Source of the DNA: Candidatus Micrarchaeota archaeon
GTDB taxonomy: Archaea > Micrarchaeota > Micrarchaeia > Norongarragalinales > Norongarragalinaceae
Assembly (NCBI GenBank): GCA_037444485.1
Contig: JBBIMI010000013.1
Coordinates: forward strand, 1 to 21,586
Reading direction: 5' to 3'
Length of the DNA: 21,586 nucleotides
The notes under the pieces are model-generated. The model was not told where the DNA came from, made no database searches, and saw only the letters and a program-made list of their open reading frames with translations. Shown here in pieces: positions 6,896 to 13,208 of this stretch. Position 1 is the first letter of the stretch. Every line of letters begins with the position of its first letter. Position numbers and translations under genes: made by a program.

Positions 6896-8578
6896 TTAAT
6901 GTAGTTCGAGCACTTCATACAATTGCAGCTGCTTTTTCTTGCCTTTTACTGAAACTGGTTCGAGGGCCTTGACTTTAACGTGGCTTCTCACAGCCTTGAA
7001 CGTTGAATCATTTATTATGACTTGTCCGGCTTGCGCGACGCTTGCGATGCGCGAGCCTGTATTAACGTTGTCTCCGATAACACCGAATTTCTTGAACTGC
7101 TTGCTTCCAATGTTCCCCAAAATCATTTCTCCAGTGTTTATGCCCGCACCCATCTTGAATTCGGCCTTCTTGTCCTCACGCCTCCACTTTTCATTCAAAT
7201 TCTTCAACGCTTCATTCATTTCGAAAGCGGTTTTTACTGCAAGCAGCTCGTGATTCCTCTCGCTCTTAGGCGTCGCGCCGAAAATAGCGAAAATCGCGTC
7301 GCCAATGATGTCGCTGATCTGCCCGCCGTTTTTGAACACGATTTGAGTCATTACTTCCAAGTACTCGTTGAGCAGTTCCAGAACCTCGCGCGCGTCCAAC
7401 GCTTCGCTTATCGCGGTGAATCCCCTCAAGTCGGTGAACAAGACTGTAAGAATCTTGCGTTCGCCCTGAGCAACTCCGCTGGCCTGCGCGCGCGCGCCTG
7501 CTTCAAGCGCGGTTTTGAGAATCGTTTCGCCGATTTCTTTCGAAACGTAAGTCGTGAACAATTCTTTGACTTTCTTTTTTTCCTGCTCTTGAAAAATAGC
7601 GTTGTTTGCTTGTTTAACGAGCGAGGAGAACAGCGACAAGTCTTCGAGCGTGAAATGCTCGTTGATGCCGTGCTTGTTGAATACTTCGAAAACGCCGATG
7701 ACGATTCCGTCTTCCGCGATTGGTTGCAGCAACGCGTTTGAAATCGTTGGACTCACTTTATTCAAGCGTTTTGTTTCAAGGCTCTTCGCAGCCTCTATCG
7801 CAAGCGTTTTCGGGAGTTCGTAGTGCGTGAACTCGAATTCCTTGCGCGCGACGTCGGTCGCGCCTGCAACATCAAACTTTTTAGCGGTTTCGCTTTCTTT
7901 CAGCAAAACCACGCCCATCTCTGCGTTTAAGGCTTTCGTTATTTCCCCTAAGACGGCTTCCAGTAACTCGCGCAAATCACGCATGCTCGTGGTGTACTTG
8001 TTAATGCGGTTGATGAACTCTATTTCTTTTTCCTTTAAAGCCAACTCTAGCTTTAAAGAAATTTTTTCTATTGCCGCGCTGGCGCTCAACGCGATGGAGG
8101 AAAGAACTTCCACGTCAGCTTCAGTAAATGCGCCGCCGCCCGCCTTGCCGAAAACGCCGATTACCGCCAACGGGTTGCCTAAGCCGGAGAAAACCGGCAC
8201 GCAAATCATTGAATGCCTGCCCCCGCTTTTCTCTAAGCCTTCTGCAAACAACAAGTTTTTGTGACGCTGGATTGCTATTGAAGCCGCATCTTTGAGTGCA
8301 GCGTAGTCAGTGTCTTGAAACAATGCGTGCACTAAATCGTCTGCAGAGACTACGATTAATTCTTTCTCGCGTGGAACGATGACGAACGCGGCTTGAGCGT
8401 TTAAAGCCTTAACGCATTCCTTCAACAACGCTTCGTTTAAAGCATTCCAATCGCCGGCAGCGGTTAATGAAGCGAAAGACTCTAAGAGCGTGCGCTGAAC
8501 TCGAGTCTTGTGTTGCAGCAACGCTTTCAGCGAGTCGATTGAACTCGCGGCGCTCGTCGAACTAGTTGAAGCAGGCAT
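6896..8578 (-). CDS. Soluble class III nucleotide cyclase with two N-terminal GAF domains; guanylyl-cyclase-like specificity residues
   Basis: GAF1 (SMICVP...AVIGVFGK...FTEAD), GAF2 (LLQPI...GVFEVFNK...FTLED), FTTYVS linker. Catalytic TVLFTDLRGFT, IIGDAIFAIFG, GINTG, GNIGS, IGDNVNTGSR, VKGK. The ATG at 8578 is preferred over the TTG at 8596. Confidence 0.95.
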   Translation of the reverse strand: MPASTSSTSAASSIDSLKALLQHKTRVQRTLLESFASLTAAGDWNALNEALLKECVKALNAQAAFVIVPREKELIVVSADDLVHALFQDTDYAALKDAASIAIQRHKNLLFAEGLEKSGGRHSMICVPVFSGLGNPLAVIGVFGKAGGGAFTEADVEVLSSIALSASAAIEKISLKLELALKEKEIEFINRINKYTTSMRDLRELLEAVLGEITKALNAEMGVVLLKESETAKKFDVAGATDVARKEFEFTHYELPKTLAIEAAKSLETKRLNKVSPTISNALLQPIAEDGIVIGVFEVFNKHGINEHFTLEDLSLFSSLVKQANNAIFQEQEKKKVKELFTTYVSKEIGETILKTALEAGARAQASGVAQGERKILTVLFTDLRGFTAISEALDAREVLELLNEYLEVMTQIVFKNGGQISDIIGDAIFAIFGATPKSERNHELLAVKTAFEMNEALKNLNEKWRREDKKAEFKMGAGINTGEMILGNIGSKQFKKFGVIGDNVNTGSRIASVAQAGQVIINDSTFKAVRSHVKVKALEPVSVKGKKKQLQLYEVLELH

Positions 8579-8605
8579 AAAAAAAATTTTGAGCAAACTA
8601 CTTTT

Positions 8606-9625
8606 TTAACCCAGCGACTTGCCGGCAACCAACAACTTGACGCGCGTCAAACACTCTTCCAACGCCGCGCTCGCGCGCGTTGGGTCGCCGCGCGCGCCGC
8701 CCACGAACTCGTGCCCGCCGCCGCCACCGCCGAAAGCCACGCCGGCTGCCTCCATGATTTTGCCTACGTTTCCCCGCGCGCTTTGCGCTTTCACTCCACT
8801 CACGCGTCCATCGCGGTCGTTCGCAACGAACGCGTAATCACAACCAAGAGCTACAAGCGCGCTCGCGCACTGGAGTTCGAAAGCATGCGCTCGCGCGAGG
8901 GCGACTAGCGCCGCGCGCTCGCCTTCACCGATTTTCTCGATTCGCGCTCCCGCAACCGCCTTTAAAACCGTAACGCGTTCGCTTAAGTCGGGCTTCGGCG
9001 TTGCAAGCGAAAGAATTTTTTTGAAGTCCACGCCGCGCGTTCGCGCGAGTTCGCCTGCGTCAGCGAGCGTTGCGTTTTCCGCGCTTTTGAATAACGCGGT
9101 GTCGACAGTGATTCCAGCGAGCAGCAACGCTGCCGTCTTCGCGTTTGGTTTTACACCTAGTTTTTGCGTGATTTCGAAAACTATTTCGCTCGCGCTCGGT
9201 TTTTCGAGGTCGACGTAAACGAAAGCGTTTTTCAAGTGCCGCGTGTGGTAGTGGTTGTCTATCGCGATTACAGTGCCGCGGAACGCCTCGATTTTCGCGC
9301 TCCAATCGCTTAAAAGAGTGGGCGTGCTCACGTCTACGAGTATTATGTTTTTGAAGGAATCAAGTTGTTTGATTGCTTTCGGTGTTGGAAAACCAAGGCC
9401 GGCGAGAATGCGTCGCGCGCTGGCAGTCGCGACGTCAATGCAGCGTACTTCGCATGAAACGCCCTTGTTTTTTTGTTTGAGCGCGTTGGCGAGCGCGTAA
9501 GCGCTGGCAACGCTGTCCGCGTCGCCAAGCGAGTGGAACGTGATTAGCGTGCGTCCTTTAATGGAGAGTAGTTTGTCGAGTAGTGTGGTTAGCGTTAGGG
9601 TTTTTGTTTTCGCGGGTTTTTTCAC
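8606..9625 (-). CDS. DHH/DHHA1 family phosphoesterase (NrnA/Pde2-like)
   Basis: Motif I ITFHSLGDADSVAS, motif II ILVD, motif III IDNH (variant of DHH), motif IV GITVDT, DHHA1 GGGGGHEFVGG. Confidence 0.92.
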   Translation of the reverse strand: MKKPAKTKTLTLTTLLDKLLSIKGRTLITFHSLGDADSVASAYALANALKQKNKGVSCEVRCIDVATASARRILAGLGFPTPKAIKQLDSFKNIILVDVSTPTLLSDWSAKIEAFRGTVIAIDNHYHTRHLKNAFVYVDLEKPSASEIVFEITQKLGVKPNAKTAALLLAGITVDTALFKSAENATLADAGELARTRGVDFKKILSLATPKPDLSERVTVLKAVAGARIEKIGEGERAALVALARAHAFELQCASALVALGCDYAFVANDRDGRVSGVKAQSARGNVGKIMEAAGVAFGGGGGGHEFVGGARGDPTRASAALEECLTRVKLLVAGKSLG

Positions 9626-9649
9626 GAATTAAAATAAAGTGGCTGGCGT

Positions 9650-10078
9650 TTAAATGACTAGCGTTAGGACGCTTGCAGTCGCTAGGGCGATTGCAGTCGC
9701 TTCTTTCACTGAAAAACGGTCGTTGAAAATCAGGAAAGATAGGAAAGCCACGAACACTGTGCTTAAGCTGAGGATTGCAGTGACTAGAGCTACTTTGCCT
9801 GTGCGTAAGGCGAGCGTGACGAACGCGAATGCGGCGAGCGAGAATATGACGAGTGATGTAGTCCATAATACGAGTTCAGGCTTGAAGTGTACTACGCCGC
9901 GGAGAAAGAAAAAGTAAGAAATTATTAGGGCTGCGAGGACTAGGACTGCAACCGGGGTTATGACGCTGCCCCATTCTCTTAAAACGTTTTCATTTTTCAC
10001 TAAAAACTTTAGTGAAATGTTTGCGAGGCTAGCGAAAACCATTCCAGCTAACGCAAGTAAAACCCAGTCCCCCTCCAT
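9650..10078 (-). CDS. Small DMT-superfamily (single EamA domain) membrane transporter
   Basis: Five hydrophobic segments. ALRTGKVALVTAILSLSTVFVAFLSFLIFNDRFS matches the EamA signature (AL..G.vs.v.pi......l.s.lfl.E). ATG at 10078, or TTG at 10087. Confidence 0.88.
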   Translation of the reverse strand: MEGDWVLLALAGMVFASLANISLKFLVKNENVLREWGSVITPVAVLVLAALIISYFFFLRGVVHFKPELVLWTTSLVIFSLAAFAFVTLALRTGKVALVTAILSLSTVFVAFLSFLIFNDRFSVKEATAIALATASVLTLVI

Positions 10079-10179
10079 TTCCAACAAAACCCTCTTTTTA
10101 GTTTTTCTTTTTTAGTTTTTTATTTTCCTAACACTTCTTTCTTTTCCAAGGTTTTTCTTTCTTTTTAAGAAGGAAAAGC

Positions 10180-11037
10180 TTAAAGCCAACCGATTTTCTT
10201 CATGTATAACGCCGCGCCTATGGTGATTGCGAGCGAGACGATTATCGTCGCGGGATACGCTTCAGGTATTCCTAATTCCGGCATGAACTTGAAGTTCATT
10301 CCAAAGTGTCCGGCAATGATGTTGGGAATCATGAAAATTAGCGTGAGGGCGGTGAGTTTCTTCATGATGTCTGTCAAGCGCTCGATGCGTTTGTTTAATT
10401 CAATCGTCGAACGCATCTCGATTTGAGTGCGGATGTCGCGCATTTGGTTGACGTGGTTGCGGCAACGGTCAAGCAAATGCTGCGCGCGGGAAACCAGCAA
10501 CTCGTAATCGTAGGAAATGAATGCGGTGTTTACTTGCCTGATTTTGCGTTCTTCGAGAGCGATGAGAATGTTTAGGAAATCTTCAACGCGGTCCATGGTC
10601 TTGCGGAGGGAAATGCTCGTGTCCTCGAAACGGTTGAGTTCTCGCCCTGCTTCGAACTCGTCGATAAGCGCGTTCAACTCTTCGAATTTCCGCGTATAGC
10701 TTTCAAGCACTGCTTTGCAAACAAGGTACGTTAAAACAGTGCTTTCGCCGTACTTTCTTTGAATCGTGTGGGAAAACATGCGGAAATCGCGGTCAGTAAA
10801 CTCTTTCATTGAATACAGCAAGTTCTTGTCAAGCGACAGGATGAGAATGTTGCTGGGTTCTTTCTCGTAATCCCGCAGGCTGAGAATCATGAAGTTCTTG
10901 TATTGCTCTAGGAACAGGAAGTCGAGCGTGAGCAACGCGCGCAAGTCGACTTCAACGCCAATTTTTTTTGCTTCAGCTTCGAAACGCTCAAAATTAGTGA
11001 AAGACTCAATCAAACCGAAAACCCCGTCCGCAGTCAA
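10180..11037 (-). CDS. corA: CorA-family divalent cation (Mg2+/Co2+) transporter
   Basis: Long stalk helix, then MKKLTALTLIFMIPNIIAGHFGMNF (GMN signature), MPEL loop, second TM and basic KKIGWL end. Confidence 0.95.
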   Translation of the reverse strand: MTADGVFGLIESFTNFERFEAEAKKIGVEVDLRALLTLDFLFLEQYKNFMILSLRDYEKEPSNILILSLDKNLLYSMKEFTDRDFRMFSHTIQRKYGESTVLTYLVCKAVLESYTRKFEELNALIDEFEAGRELNRFEDTSISLRKTMDRVEDFLNILIALEERKIRQVNTAFISYDYELLVSRAQHLLDRCRNHVNQMRDIRTQIEMRSTIELNKRIERLTDIMKKLTALTLIFMIPNIIAGHFGMNFKFMPELGIPEAYPATIIVSLAITIGAALYMKKIGWL

Positions 11038-11132
11038 AAACTCGCAGAAAGACTAAAAAACTTAAAAAACTCCAAAAAACTTTAAGTAAACCCTATTTTA
11101 AACGCTTTTCGGCGTCCCCTGCATTCTCTTAA

Positions 11133-11155
11133 TAGTAGTTAAACGTTAACTACTA
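11133..11155. promoter_or_regulatory. Perfect 10-bp inverted repeat (operator-like site or hairpin) between acdA and corA
   Basis: TAGTAGTTAA-acg-TTAACTACTA, about 30 bp upstream of a minus-strand TATA-like TTTAAAATA (11102-11094) in front of corA. Confidence 0.5.
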
Positions 11156-11196
11156 ACGCTACCCGCGCGGTTAGACGCCACTCGAGTCGTTAAGCA

Positions 11197-12642
11197 CTAC
11201 TTCAACGCGCCGCACAACGCGGCCATCGCCCGCACTGCCTTGCGCGGGTCATTATAGTCAGGAATCCCGTTCTCGCGCAGCAACTCTACGCTCTTCCTGC
11301 TGAAACGCCCGCCGAGAAACGCGCACACGACTGGCTTTTCCGGAAAACGCGCGTGCGCTTCAATCACGACGCGCGCGTCCTCTTCAGGCCGCGTCATAGT
11401 CTGCAGCGTTTGAATAACTATCAAACCGTGAACGTAATCCTCTTCGAGAAGCGCGTTGATCGCGCTCGCGTAACGCTCAGGCAACGCGTCGCCCACGATG
11501 TCAACAGGATTCGCGCGAGACCAAGCGGAATGCATTCTACCGCCCGCCTCTATCTTCGCAATCGTCTCGCCGCTGAGCTGCACGAGGTTCAACCCGAACT
11601 CGCGCGCGTAATCAGCGCATAGCACGCCCGCGCCACCGCCGTTCGTCACAACAGCAACAGCGTTTCGCCGCGCGCGCGGCTGGAGTGCGAGCGCGTTCGC
11701 TAAGTCGAAAAGATCTTCAAAGCCTTCTGCGCGAATGCAGCCTGCCTGCGCGAGAACAGAGTTGAATACTTTCGGCGAGCCAGCAAGCACTGCAGTGTGC
11801 GAAGACACTGCCCGCGCGCCTTCACTTGAGCGACCGCCTTTCAGCACTACTACTGGCTTGCGTCGCGCCGCGTTACGCGTTGCTCGCAAGAATTTTCGGC
11901 CTTCTCCAGCGCGCAAGCCCTCCAAGTAAACAGCGATGCACTTCGTTAATTCGTCTCGCGCAAGCCACTCAATAAAATCGCTTGCGTCGAGGTCTCCTTG
12001 GTTGCCGAGGCTGACTACCGCGCTGAACGCGTGCTGTTCACGCAACGCGACGTCAATCTCGCTGTCCGCCAACGCGCCGCTTTGCGTGACGAAAGCAATC
12101 CCTCCTTCAGGCGGAGCGCTGGGCGCGAATGAAGCGTTGAGGCCGATTGGCGGGCGGAGTATTCCGAGAACGTTCGGCCCGAGAACGCGAATCGCGTTCC
12201 GCCGAGCGATTTGAGTTACTTCGTCCTGCAGTCGCGCGCCTTCGCTGCCCGCGCCGAGTTCAGCGAATCCTGCCGAGATTATTACGGCGACTCGAATTTT
12301 TTTTGCGGCGCAAGCGCGCATCACGTTCGGCACGATTTTCGCTGGCACCGCGATTACTGCGACTTCGACTGGCTCGGGAATGGCTTGAAGCGTTGGAAAA
12401 CACTTTACTCCCAGAATTTCGTCTGCGTTCGGGTTTACTGCGAAAACCTTGCCTTGAAATGGTTTGCACACGCGGTCCGCGCGAACGCAGCCTTTCAATA
12501 AGCTTAAGAGTATTCCGTGGCCTACGCTGTCCGGATCGCGGCTCGCGCCGACTACCGCGATGCTGTGCGGGTTCATCAAAACGCTTATCGCGTCAAGAGT
12601 TTTCTTCGTTTTCTCTCCCCAAATGCATTTTCTCTCTCCCAA
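11197..12642 (-). CDS. acdA: Acetate/acyl-CoA ligase (ADP-forming) subunit alpha
   Basis: CoA-binding PHSIAVVGAS, VNP, IISAGFAE, GPNVLG, TQSGAL, SLGNQGD, YLEG, catalytic His in VSSHTAVLAG, VTNGGGAG, NPVDIVGD. No fused ATP-grasp domain. Start uncertain: TTG 12642 chosen, but the frame is open to TTG 12783, and ATG 12576 is also possible. Confidence 0.93.
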   Translation of the reverse strand: MGERKCIWGEKTKKTLDAISVLMNPHSIAVVGASRDPDSVGHGILLSLLKGCVRADRVCKPFQGKVFAVNPNADEILGVKCFPTLQAIPEPVEVAVIAVPAKIVPNVMRACAAKKIRVAVIISAGFAELGAGSEGARLQDEVTQIARRNAIRVLGPNVLGILRPPIGLNASFAPSAPPEGGIAFVTQSGALADSEIDVALREQHAFSAVVSLGNQGDLDASDFIEWLARDELTKCIAVYLEGLRAGEGRKFLRATRNAARRKPVVVLKGGRSSEGARAVSSHTAVLAGSPKVFNSVLAQAGCIRAEGFEDLFDLANALALQPRARRNAVAVVTNGGGAGVLCADYAREFGLNLVQLSGETIAKIEAGGRMHSAWSRANPVDIVGDALPERYASAINALLEEDYVHGLIVIQTLQTMTRPEEDARVVIEAHARFPEKPVVCAFLGGRFSRKSVELLRENGIPDYNDPRKAVRAMAALCGALK

Positions 12643-12659
12643 CGCCCTTTCCCCACTTC

Positions 12660-12745
12660 TTGTTTTTTGTTTTTTTGTGTTTTCTTGTTTCGTTTTTGTT
12701 TTTGTTTTTGTTTTTGTTTTTTTTTGTTTAGAGTTTTTTGTTTGT
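12660..12745. repeat. (GTTTTT)n simple-sequence tract
   Basis: Four perfect GTTTTT units at 12692-12715, followed by G+T9 (12716-12725), within a G/T-rich stretch. Confidence 0.9.
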
Positions 12746-12810
12746 CTCGCTTGAAAACGAAGTATTTTCAAAAACGCTTTCAAAATTTAAAATGCTTTCA
12801 AAACGAAGAC

Positions 12811-12820
12811 TTTATTTAAA
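12811..12820 (-). promoter_or_regulatory. Putative TATA box for acdA
   Basis: Minus-strand TTTAAATAAA, identical to the plus-strand box in front of the giant gene. Confidence 0.5.
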
Positions 12821-12839
12821 AAAATTTTTCTCTGCAAGC

Positions 12840-13178
12840 AATGCTTAGCTTAGAATGCTTAGCTTAGTCTAACGCTGAAAATCTTAGCGTCAAACAAGCT
12901 AAACACGAACATTAAACACGAACATTTAACATGAACATAAATATAACATGAACATAAATCCAGAACATAAATACCAAATACCTAAACACGAACAATATAA
13001 TCTAGTAATATAATCTAGTTAATCTAGTAATATAATCTAGTATTAAATCTAAACAATATAATCTAATTAACTTAATCCAATATAATCTAATGCTGGGAAT
13101 CTAGCTGGAAATCTTAGTGTTAAATCTAAACAATATTCGGTGCTGGAAATCTTAGTGTTAAACAATCTAAACAATATT
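12840..13178. repeat. AT-rich composite tandem/direct repeat region in the divergent intergenic space
   Basis: AATGCTTAGCTTAG x2 (12840-12867). TAAACACGAACAT x2 (12900-12925) plus a partial at 12983. TAACATGAACATAAAT x2 (12927, 12944). AATATAATCTAGT x3 (12994, 13007, 13029) plus partials (13020, 13055, 13079). GCTGGAAATCTTAGTGTTAAA x2 (13104, 13142) plus an 18/21 variant at 12874. Confidence 0.92.
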
Positions 13179-13186
13179 TAAATAAA
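13177..13186 (+). promoter_or_regulatory. Putative TATA box of the giant surface-protein gene (probably leaderless mRNA)
   Basis: TTTAAATAAA ends 22 nt before ATG 13209, and there is no SD before the ATG (TTTTTTTC-ATG). Confidence 0.6.
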
Positions 13187-13208
13187 CTTCACGCGCCTTA
13201 TTTTTTTC

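Noticed and set aside
7022..7741. 239-aa plus-strand ORF opposite the cyclase
   Set aside because: It is an antisense shadow of a well-conserved gene and has no domain signal.
6896..8578. Pycsar/CBASS anti-phage cyclase system
   Set aside because: The GAF-GAF-cyclase architecture is regulatory, and no adjacent cNMP-binding TM/TIR effector or CD-NTase is visible. A pyrimidine substrate is not formally excluded.
12147..12819. Plus-strand ORFs with apparent hydrophobic FVFV/FCFC/FLFL tails
   Set aside because: These are artefacts of translating the GTTTTT microsatellite, antisense to acdA.
12840..13178. CRISPR array
   Set aside because: The units are 13-21 bp, of several different families, and mostly abut without unique equal-length spacers. 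No cas genes are nearby.
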